A DNA stretch of 64,000 nt from an uncultured Alphaproteobacteria bacterium (GCA_902575965.1 CACGTM010000003.1:20660-84659); one strand, 5' to 3'; counted from the first letter of the stretch, positions 27,273-37,772 are shown. The notes: generated by a model not told the origin, from the sequence alone. A program made the numbers and translations.

Positions 27273-28619
27273 ATGCGTGAAGGTAGTTTGGATGCACCCA
27301 CTCGCCTACCTATAGATTGGACGAATCCAGATTTTGTAGATGAAAATAAGCTAGATTCTGAAATGCGACGTCAATTTGAAGTTTGTCATGGGTGTCGAAG
27401 ATGCTTCAATTTATGTGACTCATTTCCGAGACTTTTCGACTTAATTGATGATAAGGAAGATGAAGAATTAAGTGGAGTTGCTTCTGCAGACTTTAAAGGT
27501 GTTGTTGATTCCTGCACTTTGTGTGATATGTGTTATTTAACAAAGTGTCCTTATGTCCCTCCCCATGAATTTAATATAGACTTCCCTCACCTAATGTTAC
27601 GTTACCGTGTATTTGAGAGGTCCAGAAATAAGATAAAGTTTTTTGATAAACAAATTATCCAGACTGATAGAAATGGTAGAATAATATCGAAATTTATGTC
27701 GTCAATATCAAACTGGGTTACAAGTAGAACTAATATTATAACTAGACGCTTAATGCAGTTAATAATGGGAATACACAAAAATGTAGAGCTGCCTAAATTC
27801 TTTAGCTACACATTTGATTCAAGGTCAAAACAAATTCCTCCATTAATAAATATTAATGCACCAGCATATGGAAAGGAAGTTGTATTTTTTACGACTTGTT
27901 TTATTAATTACAACGAACCTTCAATAGGTGACTCAGCTCTCAAAGTTTTGGCACACAATGGTATCAAATCTAATGTTGTGTATCCTCGTTGTTGTGGAAT
28001 GCCACAGCTAGAACAAGGTGATATCAAACGAGTTGCTGAAAGAGCCTATAAAACAGTGAGAGATTTAAAACCATTTCTTGATAAAAATATTCCAATAATT
28101 TCTTCAGTTCCATCTTGTACTTTAATGATGAAATCAGAATGGCCGCTTATTCTTCCGGAAAATAAAGAGGTTAAGAAGTTGTCAAAACTTACTTATGATA
28201 TTTCCGAATTTCTTGTTTTAGTGAATAAAGATGTTGGCTTGGTTTCTGGTATAAATCCGATAGAAGGTCCTATTTCCCTACATTTATCATGTCATGGAAG
28301 AGCCCAAAATATTGGAGCCAAGGGTGCTGAGATGCTGCGTCTTATACCAAATTCAGATGTAAAAGTAATAGAGAGATGTTCGGGTCATGGTGGGTCATGG
28401 GGTGTTAAAAAGGAAAATTTTGAAAAGGCTATGAAGTTTGCTAAAGGTACTATTAGAAAAATTAATACTACTAATCCCAAATATACCTGTTCAGAGTGCC
28501 CCTTGGCAGCTAAACATCTGTCTCAAGGCATAGAGAATATGAATACTAAAAGTGCGATTGAAAATAAAACTCTTCACCCAATCCAGCTTCTTTCTAAAGC
28601 GTATGGTTTAGAAAACTAA
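27273..28619 (+). CDS. (Fe-S)-binding oxidoreductase, HdrD/GlpC-like, with two 4Fe-4S motifs and CCG domains
   Basis: It has CHGCRRCFNLC and CTLCDMCYLTKCP ferredoxin-type motifs. The C-terminal part has Cys-rich CCG-type motifs (PRCCGMP and CSGHGGSWG). Confidence 0.8.
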   Translation: MREGSLDAPTRLPIDWTNPDFVDENKLDSEMRRQFEVCHGCRRCFNLCDSFPRLFDLIDDKEDEELSGVASADFKGVVDSCTLCDMCYLTKCPYVPPHEFNIDFPHLMLRYRVFERSRNKIKFFDKQIIQTDRNGRIISKFMSSISNWVTSRTNIITRRLMQLIMGIHKNVELPKFFSYTFDSRSKQIPPLININAPAYGKEVVFFTTCFINYNEPSIGDSALKVLAHNGIKSNVVYPRCCGMPQLEQGDIKRVAERAYKTVRDLKPFLDKNIPIISSVPSCTLMMKSEWPLILPENKEVKKLSKLTYDISEFLVLVNKDVGLVSGINPIEGPISLHLSCHGRAQNIGAKGAEMLRLIPNSDVKVIERCSGHGGSWGVKKENFEKAMKFAKGTIRKINTTNPKYTCSECPLAAKHLSQGIENMNTKSAIENKTLHPIQLLSKAYGLEN

Positions 28620-28636
28620 TTTAGGAACTTAATGTA

Positions 28637-29239
28637 ATGATTATTTTAGACGAAAAACCAAGGAAAATTATTCCTGACGATTTAATGCCGATCGATGAAT
28701 ATAGAAAAATAAGAAAAGAGCACAGAAAGTCTCTTATTGAAAAAAAGGCTATGAGACGTCTTCATGTTGGACCATTTGCACTTTTCCACTTTGAAAACTA
28801 TGTCACTCTATGGTCACAAATCCAAGAAATGCTTTTTATTGAGGGTGGTGGTGACGAACAGATAAAAGATGAGCTTGAGGCTTATAATCCCCTTATGCCA
28901 AACGGTGATGAGCTGGTAGCTACAATGCTTATTGAGATAGAAGATGCTGTTAGAAGAAAAAAACAATTACATTTGTTGGGGCATATTGAGGATAAGATTT
29001 CAATAAACCTTAATAATGAAAAAATTTTTGCAATACCAACGGATGATACTGAGCGAACCAACAGTGATGGTAAAACATCTTCAGTACATTTTTTGCACTT
29101 TAAGTTTAGTAAAGAACAGAAGGAGCTGTTTAAGGACAAAAACATTGTTGCTTATATTTCTATTGAACATGAAAATTATAGTCATTCAGCAATGTTAACG
29201 CATGATGTTAGGAAATCTCTAATCAATGATTTCAAATAG
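28637..29239 (+). CDS. DUF3501-like protein
   Basis: 200 aa. The pattern (RRLHVGPFALFHFENYVTLWSQIQEMLFIE...ELEAYNPLMPNG.ELVATMLIE) and its position after the rubrerythrin and Fe-S genes match my recollection of DUF3501. Confidence 0.55.
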   Translation: MIILDEKPRKIIPDDLMPIDEYRKIRKEHRKSLIEKKAMRRLHVGPFALFHFENYVTLWSQIQEMLFIEGGGDEQIKDELEAYNPLMPNGDELVATMLIEIEDAVRRKKQLHLLGHIEDKISINLNNEKIFAIPTDDTERTNSDGKTSSVHFLHFKFSKEQKELFKDKNIVAYISIEHENYSHSAMLTHDVRKSLINDFK

Positions 29240-29245
29240 GCTTAA

Positions 29246-29806
29246 CTAATCTATAAGCTCATCGGAATATATACCCCAAAGATTATTTTTCTTTATCCAT
29301 CCCTTAAGGTTACTCAACTTTACATTGCAGAAATCTATTTTTTGAGGGCAAGAAATTATGGATAAAACAACATTCTTCTCTATTTTTGCTAAAACTTCAC
29401 TACTGGAATTTAAACCTTTATATAACTCAGTTAAGTCATTAGTTATTATACCAGACCTTTTTCCCGATAGCATACTTTGGTGTATCCATCCCTCAGATCC
29501 ATTAGGATCTCTAACTTTTCTCCAGGTATTGAACTCTTCAATGATTTCTAGGGGCAAGCCTCTTTTTTGATATACCCACAAGATAGGATAGCGAATTCCT
29601 GGTCCTCTTCTCATATAAACTGGTTCTGTTTTGAGGGAAATAAACCTTGGGATTGGTAAAGAGGAAAATCTTCCAGTCGAAACATCACTAAAGGCATGTG
29701 GCATATAACCAAAGCTTAAACAAAGGCTCAACAAGGAAAAAATTAGTATTATGTAATTACGTAAGAGTAAATTTCTCTGAATGTTACTCATAAAGATAAT
29801 TTTCAA
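29246..29806 (-). CDS. Secreted bacterial SH3-like (DUF1058) protein
   Basis: It has a signal peptide, then LPIPRFISLKTEPVYMRRGPGIRYPILWVY...WRKVRDPNGSEGWIHQSMLS. Confidence 0.65.
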   Translation of the reverse strand: MKIIFMSNIQRNLLLRNYIILIFSLLSLCLSFGYMPHAFSDVSTGRFSSLPIPRFISLKTEPVYMRRGPGIRYPILWVYQKRGLPLEIIEEFNTWRKVRDPNGSEGWIHQSMLSGKRSGIITNDLTELYKGLNSSSEVLAKIEKNVVLSIISCPQKIDFCNVKLSNLKGWIKKNNLWGIYSDELID

Positions 29807-29888
29807 ATAAAGAAATTAGAAGTTAATATAGAATATATTTATATCATGATATAAAAACTATAGTTAAGAAAATATAATGAGTAAATAA

Positions 29889-30872
29889 ATGAAATTAACA
29901 AAACCATCTCTAGTTATAACCCGAAAACTACCGAAGTTAGTCGAAGATAGGATGGTAGAGCTGTTTGAGGATGTGAAGAAGAATTTTGATGACGCTCCTT
30001 ATTCACGCGATAGGTTGCAAAACATTCTAGAAACTTGCGATATTTTAGTTCCGACTTTAACAGACGAACTGGATGCGGAACTATTATCTAATCCAAAAAA
30101 TAGAGTTAAGTTAATTGCAAATTTTGGAAACGGAACGGATCATATTGATATTAAATGCGCACGCGATGCTGGAATTGTTGTTACAAATACTCCAAATGTT
30201 TTGACGAGTGATACTGCAGATATTGCAATGGCTTTAATTATCTCAATTCCTAGGAGATTAGTTGAGGGAACCCGAAGAGTTGCTAAGAATCAATTCTCTG
30301 AGTGGAAACCAACTCATATGCTTGGTAGTAGATTATTGGGTAAATCTTTGGGAATTATTGGTATGGGAAGGATAGGAATAGCAGTTGCTCAGCGGGCATA
30401 TTCCTTTGGTATGAAAGTTCACTATCACAACAGACGAAGGCTCGAAAAAGAAATAGAAGACGTTGTTCAGGCAACATTCTGGGGCAACCTTGATGAAATG
30501 CTTTCTGAAATGGATATCATCTCTATACATTGCCCGCATAATAAAGATACCCATCACCTACTTTCAAAAAAAAGAATGAAAATATTAAAGCCAAGTTCAT
30601 ACATAGTAAATGTCTCTAGGGCTGGTATAATTGATGAGGATGGACTAATTAGTAATCTAGAAGCTGGAAGAATTGCGGGTGCAGGCTTAGATGTTTTTGA
30701 ACATTATCCAAGTGTGAACAGAAAGTTACAAAAGTTAAAGAATGTTATATTATTACCACATATGGGTTCTGCAACTCTTGAAAGTAGAATTGAGATGGGC
30801 GAAAAGGTAATAATAAATATTAAAACATTCGTTGATGGTCATCGCCCCCCTGATCGTGTTATCTTTGAATAA
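29889..30872 (+). CDS. D-isomer-specific 2-hydroxyacid dehydrogenase (glyoxylate/hydroxypyruvate reductase-like)
   Basis: It has GIIGMGRIG (NAD binding), NVSRAGIIDE, GAGLDVF and LPHMGSAT. Confidence 0.85.
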   Translation: MKLTKPSLVITRKLPKLVEDRMVELFEDVKKNFDDAPYSRDRLQNILETCDILVPTLTDELDAELLSNPKNRVKLIANFGNGTDHIDIKCARDAGIVVTNTPNVLTSDTADIAMALIISIPRRLVEGTRRVAKNQFSEWKPTHMLGSRLLGKSLGIIGMGRIGIAVAQRAYSFGMKVHYHNRRRLEKEIEDVVQATFWGNLDEMLSEMDIISIHCPHNKDTHHLLSKKRMKILKPSSYIVNVSRAGIIDEDGLISNLEAGRIAGAGLDVFEHYPSVNRKLQKLKNVILLPHMGSATLESRIEMGEKVIINIKTFVDGHRPPDRVIFE

Positions 30873-32274
30873 AACAATAGTTGAAGAAAATAACCTTTTG
30901 GTTGTTAAAGGCATTCCTTGGGTTGATCCTATAATTGCCTTTGACCAATTTAGTAGAGAGCCCCGGTCATTTTTACTTCATGGTAATGGGAAAGAGAACT
31001 TTTCTCAATGGTCTTATATTGCACAATCTCCTTTTGCATCTGTAGAGGTAGATAGCGAACTTCGAACTTTTGTAAACGGAATTAGATCAAATGATGACCC
31101 TTTTTCAATTATCAGATCGATATGTACAACAAATTATAATAAAATTAAAAAATCCCCTGTCCCATTTTATGGTGGCGCAGTAGGTTTTATAGGGTATGAA
31201 GCTAATCAATTAATTGAAGTTGTTCCCAAGCCAAAGGGACCTGATAGTAATCCATTGTTATGTGTTGGGTTTTATGACCTGATAATAGCTTTTGACAGAA
31301 ATAATAAAAAAACTTTTTTGGTCGCTTCTGGATTACCAGAGACTTCTTTGGTTGATAGATTTGATTATGCAACAAAACGTATAGATTATTTTTACCAAAA
31401 AATTAATAAGGTCATACCAAGAGGAATCAAAACTTACATAGGTACATGGAAACCTGAGGTGTCACGACAGAGTGCGCAGAATAAAATTAGAGAAGCAATA
31501 GATTATATTTATAGTGGTGATATATTTCAGGTAAATATAACCCATAAATTTAAATCACCTAGACCCCCAGATTTAGATGCATGGGAATTATTTAGAAAGT
31601 TAAGGGCAACTAATCCATCTCCATTTGGGGCATATTTATCAATAAATAAAAATTTTAAAATTCTTTCATGCTCGCCTGAACGTTTTATCAAATTAGACTC
31701 AAATAAGAACGTTGAAACGAGACCTATCAAAGGAAGTCAAAGAAGGGACATAGATCGAGAAAAAGATGCCATTCTGGCTAATCAATTATTGAAAAGTGGA
31801 AAAAATTTCTCTGAAAACTTAATGATAGTTGATTTAATGAGAAATGATTTATCAAAAGTATGTGAGGTTGGGTCTATAAAAGTTGACGATTTATGTAAGT
31901 TAGAGAGTTTTGAAAAGATTCATCACTTAGTATCTGTAATAACAGGAAAATTGAGAAAGGATAAGGATGCAGTTCATTTACTAAAATTATGTTTCCCTGG
32001 AGGGTCTGTAACTGGCGCACCTAAAATAAGGGCTATGGAAATTATTAACGAACTGGAAACTTCTTCACGTGGTCCATATTGTGGTTCTATTTTTTGGATG
32101 GGTTTTGACGACCAATTTGACTCGTCTATTACTATTAGAAGTATTGTTGTTAGTGAAGATGAGATTATTGCTCAGGCAGGCGGAGCTATAGTAGCAGAGT
32201 CTGATCCATATGAGGAATACGAAGAAGCATTATTTAAGGCTAGTCCTCTACTTAATATACTGGAAGAAAGATGA
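30832..32274 (+). CDS. pabB: Aminodeoxychorismate synthase component I
   Basis: It has chorismate-binding-enzyme motifs (SPERF, RPIKGS, GGSVTGAPK, GPYCGSI). It is immediately followed by, and overlaps, a class IV aminotransferase gene. The start is uncertain: the track's start overlaps the upstream gene by 41 nt, and a TTG at 30898 is an alternative. Confidence 0.8.
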   Translation: MMVIAPLIVLSLNKTIVEENNLLVVKGIPWVDPIIAFDQFSREPRSFLLHGNGKENFSQWSYIAQSPFASVEVDSELRTFVNGIRSNDDPFSIIRSICTTNYNKIKKSPVPFYGGAVGFIGYEANQLIEVVPKPKGPDSNPLLCVGFYDLIIAFDRNNKKTFLVASGLPETSLVDRFDYATKRIDYFYQKINKVIPRGIKTYIGTWKPEVSRQSAQNKIREAIDYIYSGDIFQVNITHKFKSPRPPDLDAWELFRKLRATNPSPFGAYLSINKNFKILSCSPERFIKLDSNKNVETRPIKGSQRRDIDREKDAILANQLLKSGKNFSENLMIVDLMRNDLSKVCEVGSIKVDDLCKLESFEKIHHLVSVITGKLRKDKDAVHLLKLCFPGGSVTGAPKIRAMEIINELETSSRGPYCGSIFWMGFDDQFDSSITIRSIVVSEDEIIAQAGGAIVAESDPYEEYEEALFKASPLLNILEER

Positions 32275-33074
32275 TTATTGATCTAAATGGAAAAAACATG
32301 GAATCCACGCAGCCAGTAATAGGGCCTTTTGATAGGGGATTAGCTCTAGGTGATGGAATATTCGAAACAATTAGGATTAAGAATTTTATTCCGCAGTTTT
32401 TTAATCTCCACATGGAAAGATTTTTCAAGAGCGCCTCTTTCCTTAACATCAGTATAGAAGTATCTAAGAAAGAAATTGAAGCCAGAATAATAAATTTGCT
32501 GGAATTAAATCATCTACAAGACTCTGTTGTGAGACTGACATTAACTAGAGGGTTTGGAAAAAGAGGTTTATCTATTTTAGGTACAGAAACATCCAATCTA
32601 TTAATTACGATGAACCAATATGAGTCAAATAATAAGCCAGTTAATGCAATGGTTTCAAATATAACAAGGAGAAATGAGTTTTCTCCTTTGTCTAACATTA
32701 AGTCTATTAGTTATCTTGACAATATTATTGCAGCAAATGAAGCAAATAAGAAAGGTTTTGATGATTCCATATTATTGAACACATCATCAAGGGTTTGTGA
32801 GACTACAATTTCAAATATCTTTATCCTTAATGATGGTAAAATATTAACTCCTTCGTTAGAAGAGGGAGCTTTGCCTGGTACTATCAGGAGGCTTATTATT
32901 GAAAATTATGATGTGTTAGAAACAAAAATTACTTTAAAAGATATTCAAAGTGCGAAAGAGGCTTTTTTAACAAATTCATTAAGTGTTCGCCCCTTAATTT
33001 CTATAAATGGGAAAAAAATTGGTTCTAATGACGACTTGTGTTTTCATAAAGAGATCTTAGATAGATTCTTTTAA
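32271..33074 (+). CDS. pabC: Class IV aminotransferase-fold protein, aminodeoxychorismate lyase
   Basis: It has GDGIFETIR and a class IV fold pattern. It overlaps the pabB stop by 4 nt. Confidence 0.7.
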   Translation: MIIDLNGKNMESTQPVIGPFDRGLALGDGIFETIRIKNFIPQFFNLHMERFFKSASFLNISIEVSKKEIEARIINLLELNHLQDSVVRLTLTRGFGKRGLSILGTETSNLLITMNQYESNNKPVNAMVSNITRRNEFSPLSNIKSISYLDNIIAANEANKKGFDDSILLNTSSRVCETTISNIFILNDGKILTPSLEEGALPGTIRRLIIENYDVLETKITLKDIQSAKEAFLTNSLSVRPLISINGKKIGSNDDLCFHKEILDRFF

Positions 33075-33078
33075 TTAT

Positions 33079-33636
33079 TTATATTCCACAGGCCTGTGAA
33101 ATAATTTTATGAACGGCAGTGAAACCACTGAGTGAGTAAGAGTCAGTAGTTAGTGTGCCTCGTGAGGAGGTTCCTTTAACAACCATATTTGCTCCTCTTA
33201 TCATTGACCTAACCATTTTCTCGTCTGAGTTCTCATCCCTATTCCAGGCTCTCTGTCCTACAGTAAACATAATAAATTTTGAAGAACCGATCGAAATATT
33301 TACTTCACTATTTTCCTTATAAGGGTAACCAGTGATTATACTCACAACATTATTCGATTTGTCGTTAGGCCGGTGAGTCACTAGAGCCCAAATATCTCCC
33401 CTTTTTCTATAATTACCTTTAGCAGATTTAGGCTTGCTTGCCATGTAGCAAACTTTTCCTGATTCTTCTGTATAAGTGTATGCTGTCCAAGAACCTTTTT
33501 TTCCCAACTCTGTAATACTTTGACTAAAAACCGGACTAAAAGATAAAAGACAAAAGATGAATGGAAATATAAAAACTTGTCGTAGGATCATAATCACATT
33601 TCTTCTCCGATTGATTTTATAGTCTAAAATTTTCAT
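33079..33636 (-). CDS. Secreted protein, IalB (invasion-associated locus B)-like
   Basis: It has a signal peptide. It has an early Cys (GKVCY) and a terminal Cys (SQACGI). The pattern GSWTAY...GTSSRGTLTTDSYSLSGF resembles the IalB family. The assignment is from memory. Confidence 0.45.
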   Translation of the reverse strand: MKILDYKINRRRNVIMILRQVFIFPFIFCLLSFSPVFSQSITELGKKGSWTAYTYTEESGKVCYMASKPKSAKGNYRKRGDIWALVTHRPNDKSNNVVSIITGYPYKENSEVNISIGSSKFIMFTVGQRAWNRDENSDEKMVRSMIRGANMVVKGTSSRGTLTTDSYSLSGFTAVHKIISQACGI

Positions 33637-33720
33637 ACATATAATTTATTAATTCTACACTTCTAATATATAATACTAAGGATTTGCAAAGGTTTTATTT
33701 AATCGTATGACACAAATGAT

Positions 33721-34290
33721 TTATATAAGTGTTTCTGGTGGTTTAACTATGAAATCATTCATTTTCTTTTTTACTCGAATTCTTGTTTTGTTTGACTTAA
33801 TCATTAATTGACTTTCGGGCCCTCCTGGTCTCAGAGGCCTATTAGGAAATCTGGTTCTGGAAATTAACCTATCATACATGATGATCACTCCAGCTATTCC
33901 AACATTAAGACAAAATTTTGATGGTATTTTAACTAGAAAATCACATCTTTGTTTTGCTTTTTTTGAAAGATCTCCTTTTTCTGGTCCAAAAATATAAACA
34001 GCATTGGCTGGATGATGAAAACTTGGGAGTTCAATGGAGTTATCATCTATTTCTACACCAACAACTTTTATGTCCTTTGGCAGAACTACATCATTTAAAG
34101 TCGGAAATTCATAAAAAGGTATTTGTCCCAAAGCATCAGAGGTATCTGCGCCCTTCCCTATCTCTCTATTATAAGACGCAGAAATTGTAAAAACAAAACT
34201 TGCTCCAAATGCATTAGCAGTCCTAAAGATGTTGCCAACATTATATTGTTTGCTAATACCTTCTAGTCCTATTCCAAAATATCCTCTCAT
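33721..34290 (-). CDS. SpoU/TrmH-family RNA 2'-O-methyltransferase
   Basis: It has NVGNIFRTANAFGA, YIFGPEKGDLS and LNVGIAGVIIMYD (SPOUT knot motifs). Confidence 0.8.
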   Translation of the reverse strand: MRGYFGIGLEGISKQYNVGNIFRTANAFGASFVFTISASYNREIGKGADTSDALGQIPFYEFPTLNDVVLPKDIKVVGVEIDDNSIELPSFHHPANAVYIFGPEKGDLSKKAKQRCDFLVKIPSKFCLNVGIAGVIIMYDRLISRTRFPNRPLRPGGPESQLMIKSNKTRIRVKKKMNDFIVKPPETLI

Positions 34291-34391
34291 TTTGTTCCTT
34301 GTTATTATTAATAATAATATAACTATCTTAACCTGAGTAGTTTGGTTAAACTATAATTATTCAATATAGACTCTCATTGAAAGAAAAATAA

Positions 34392-35312
34392 TTGTCGGGT
34401 TTCCATTTTCTGAATCTTTCTAATAAAAACCTAGTAAGTGCAATTTGGATGTTGTTTGGAGTTATATTTTTTGCAATAACTGCGGTTTTAATAAAATTAC
34501 TTGGTGAATCTCTCCACATTTTTCAGATTGTTTTCTTTAGGTGTTTGTTTGGGCTCATAGTTGTTGGGCCTATAATACTTAAAACTGGTTCTAATATTTT
34601 TAAAATAGAAAAACCTATCCTGCATTTGATACGAGTGATTTGTGCAATATTAGGCATGTCATCTGGCTTTTATGCAATTTCTGTGTTGGAATTAGCAACG
34701 GCAACCGCTTTATCATTCACACGACCATTATTCATGATTGTTTTGGCAATATTCATTCTTAATGAGGTTGTGGGCTGGCGAAGAGGTATAGCCACTTCAA
34801 TAGGCTTTTTGGGTGTTGTAGTAATAATACAGCCGGGTACGACGGAGTTTAACCCAGCCATGTTTAGTGGTTTGTTTGCAGCCATAGCTGTTGGAGGGGC
34901 TTTAATTACTGTAAAGCTAATTGTTCCATACGACTCTCCTGAAAAAATAATGTTATCCTTCTCAATTGGAACGGTTATAGTGTCCTTTATACCTGCAATT
35001 TATGTATGGATTGAACCACAAACAAGTGATTTCATTTTTCTGATATCTTTGGGTATTTTTGCCAGTTTAGGACAGTATTGTACCATTAGGGCCTATGAGT
35101 TAGGTGAGGCAACGTTAATTAGCCCGATCGATTATTTGCAAATTATTTTTCTAACATTTGCAGGTTTTTATTTTTTTGACGAAGTGCCAATGATTACTAC
35201 ACTTATTGGATCTCTAATAATTATTCTTTCCACCTTGTATATTTTAATTAGGGGAGCAAAAAAAGGAGTATCTCAATCAGAAGCTCCTTCAAGCCCAGCC
35301 CTCATGAAGTAA
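34392..35312 (+). CDS. DMT-superfamily (EamA) transporter
   Basis: 306 aa with about 10 TM helices and a duplicated EamA architecture. Confidence 0.8.
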   Translation: MSGFHFLNLSNKNLVSAIWMLFGVIFFAITAVLIKLLGESLHIFQIVFFRCLFGLIVVGPIILKTGSNIFKIEKPILHLIRVICAILGMSSGFYAISVLELATATALSFTRPLFMIVLAIFILNEVVGWRRGIATSIGFLGVVVIIQPGTTEFNPAMFSGLFAAIAVGGALITVKLIVPYDSPEKIMLSFSIGTVIVSFIPAIYVWIEPQTSDFIFLISLGIFASLGQYCTIRAYELGEATLISPIDYLQIIFLTFAGFYFFDEVPMITTLIGSLIIILSTLYILIRGAKKGVSQSEAPSSPALMK

Positions 35313-35325
35313 CTTTTTTAATGAT

Positions 35326-35613
35326 TTATTTATTTTCGTTCATAAATTTAGCAAGAGAAATATCAAGATCTGTTAGTCCTCCTGCATCATGAGTAGTCAG
35401 CTTTACTTTAACAATATTGTAAACATTTGACCATTCAGGATGATGATCCATCTTATCTGATTGAGATGCACATATTGACATAAATTTAAATGCTTGGGTA
35501 AAATCTTTAAACTTGAATTCTTTTATAATTGCTGTGTTGTTGTTGATAAGTTTCCATCCATGTAGAATAGATTCTAATTGCTTAATTTTATTTTGAGAAA
35601 TTAATTTTTGCAT
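35326..35613 (-). CDS. phhB: 4a-hydroxytetrahydrobiopterin (pterin-4a-carbinolamine) dehydratase
   Basis: 95 aa with the DHHPEW...V...L.THD signature. Confidence 0.9.
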   Translation of the reverse strand: MQKLISQNKIKQLESILHGWKLINNNTAIIKEFKFKDFTQAFKFMSICASQSDKMDHHPEWSNVYNIVKVKLTTHDAGGLTDLDISLAKFMNENK

Positions 35614-35674
35614 AGAATTAATATAGTCCTAAAATTTATTGTTCTATATATAAAAATTAAAAAAAGGTGCATGG

Positions 35675-36163
35675 ATGAAAAAATATTCAGTTTTGTTTAT
35701 ATGTACGGGGAATATATGCCGATCACCCACTTTTGAAGGAGTTTTTAAATATTTATTATCTGAAAACAAGATCAGTCGTAATTTTTTCATAGATTCAGCA
35801 GGAACAAGGAGTTATCACATAGGTGAGACTGCAGATCTACGGTCAATTAATTATGCAGGAGAAAGAGGATATGATCTCTCAGAGATAAGGTCTAGGCAAG
35901 TTTGCAATAAAGATTTTAGTGAATTTGATCTTTTGTTGGCTTTAGATAGGAGCCATTATGATGAATTAATTAGTATTTCGCCAAGGAAATACACTAGTAA
36001 GATAAAGCTTATTTTATCATATATTAACTATGAATCTCTTCATGATGTTCCTGACCCATACTATGGAAAAAAAGAGGATTTTGAAAGAGTTCTTGATTTG
36101 GCAGAGGAATGCTGTGATAGGCTTTTAAAAAAGTTAATAAAAAAAGTAGAGTCATCAAAATAA
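35675..36163 (+). CDS. Low-molecular-weight protein-tyrosine phosphatase
   Basis: It has the CTGNICRSP P-loop and a DPYYG motif. Confidence 0.85.
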   Translation: MKKYSVLFICTGNICRSPTFEGVFKYLLSENKISRNFFIDSAGTRSYHIGETADLRSINYAGERGYDLSEIRSRQVCNKDFSEFDLLLALDRSHYDELISISPRKYTSKIKLILSYINYESLHDVPDPYYGKKEDFERVLDLAEECCDRLLKKLIKKVESSK

Positions 36164-36262
36164 ATTGTTTTTTTTATTTTTTTTATATTTTACTTGTTTA
36201 TTTTTATTATGATACTATATGAGAAATGTTCTCTTTTATCTTTAAAAAATGTGAGGAAAATT

Positions 36263-37006
36263 ATGACAACAGATTTAAGACGTAGAAATATCTCAGGAGC
36301 TGCCATTGACGATATAGCAGTTCATGAGGGGCTTCGCTCCTATATGTTGCAGGTTTATAATTATATGTCCTCAGGACTACTACTGTCTGGGATTGTTGCA
36401 ATGCTTGTCGCAAACACATCACTTGGTGCTATGTTCTACCAATTTAATGAAGCCGGAAGGATAGCTGGATATACAGGCCTTGGTTTGTTATCTATGTTCT
36501 TTCCTTTAGGCCTAATATTTTTTATGAGTTTTACCTGGCAGAATCGCTCACCTAAAACATTGCAAATGCTTTATTGGTTATTTGTGGGTACAATGGGTAT
36601 TGGCTTATCCACTATTTTAATGACTTACACTGGTGTTAGCGTTGCAAGGACTTTTCTAATTACAGCAAGTGCATACGCAGGCTTAAGCTTAGTTGGTTAT
36701 ACAACTAAAAAAGATCTCTCAGGTATGGGTACATTTCTTATCATGGGTCTAATTGGATTAATCATTGCCAGTATTATTAATATGATTTGGCCAACAGGAT
36801 TAATGGGTTTTGTTATTCCTGTAGTTGGTGTTCTAATTTTTGCTGGTTTGACTGTCTATGATACCCAAAGAATTAAGAGTCAGTATTTTATGGTCCAGGG
36901 TTCTGCTCTTGAGTCAAGTACTGCAGTAATGGGTGCTATAGCTCTTTATTTAAACTTTGTGAATCTTTTCCAGTTTTTACTTATGTTCTTGGGTAACAGA
37001 GAGTAA
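36263..37006 (+). CDS. Bax-inhibitor-1/YccA family membrane protein
   Basis: It has seven TM helices and LRSYMLQVYNYM at the N-terminus. I chose the ATG at 36263, after GAGGAAAA. The track's TTG extension looks spurious. Confidence 0.8.
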   Translation: MTTDLRRRNISGAAIDDIAVHEGLRSYMLQVYNYMSSGLLLSGIVAMLVANTSLGAMFYQFNEAGRIAGYTGLGLLSMFFPLGLIFFMSFTWQNRSPKTLQMLYWLFVGTMGIGLSTILMTYTGVSVARTFLITASAYAGLSLVGYTTKKDLSGMGTFLIMGLIGLIIASIINMIWPTGLMGFVIPVVGVLIFAGLTVYDTQRIKSQYFMVQGSALESSTAVMGAIALYLNFVNLFQFLLMFLGNRE

Positions 37007-37025
37007 TACTTAATTAATTATTGTA

Positions 37026-37772
37026 ATGAAGGATTCCCTTGGTTATAGGGCTAAGATTGGTATTCTTGTCCCAGCAACTAATACCATTGTAGAACCTGAA
37101 ATGGCTTTGCTTCAACCTGAGGGAATTACTAACCATATCTCAAGAATGAGCAGGGTTAAAAGACCTGCTCATGATCTTGAAAAATATAAAAAATTCCTTG
37201 GTTCGTCAGTTGACATGGAAGCTGCGATAGACGTTCTGGTAGCTTGTGAGCCAAATATAATTGTTCACGGTCATTCGGTTGATAGCCTGGCAAAGGGTCT
37301 TCCAGGGGCTGATATAATGAAAAAGTCCATGGAAAAAATGTCCGGAAATATTCCTGTAATGCTTCCATCTCATGCGATACTAAAAGCGTTGGAGTTTCTC
37401 GGGCACCCAAAAAAGATATCTATACTAACTCCATGGATGCCTCCTGCGGATCAAGCATGTGAAGCTTTTTTTCGTGAAGCAGGTTACGATGTTTCAGCTA
37501 TAAAAGGCTTGCAACATCTAACGCCTCTTGAAATTGCTACTGCTTCTCCAGAATTGTTGAATAATGCAGTAGATGAGATAAACACCAAAGATACAGAATG
37601 TATTATTAAAGTGGGCACTAATTCAGCTATGGCAAATTTAGTTGAAGATATGGAATTGCGCATAGGGAAGCCGGTTTTGACTGTTAATGTAATTACTTAT
37701 TGGGCTGGTCTTAGGTCTATAGGTATAAATGATAAAATTTACGGGTATGGGCAATTAGTTTCTAATTACTAG
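37026..37772 (+). CDS. Asp/Glu-racemase-superfamily protein (maleate isomerase / arylmalonate decarboxylase-like)
   Basis: IGILVPATNTIVEPE at the N-terminus is typical of the maleate cis-trans isomerase family. Confidence 0.65.
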   Translation: MKDSLGYRAKIGILVPATNTIVEPEMALLQPEGITNHISRMSRVKRPAHDLEKYKKFLGSSVDMEAAIDVLVACEPNIIVHGHSVDSLAKGLPGADIMKKSMEKMSGNIPVMLPSHAILKALEFLGHPKKISILTPWMPPADQACEAFFREAGYDVSAIKGLQHLTPLEIATASPELLNNAVDEINTKDTECIIKVGTNSAMANLVEDMELRIGKPVLTVNVITYWAGLRSIGINDKIYGYGQLVSNY

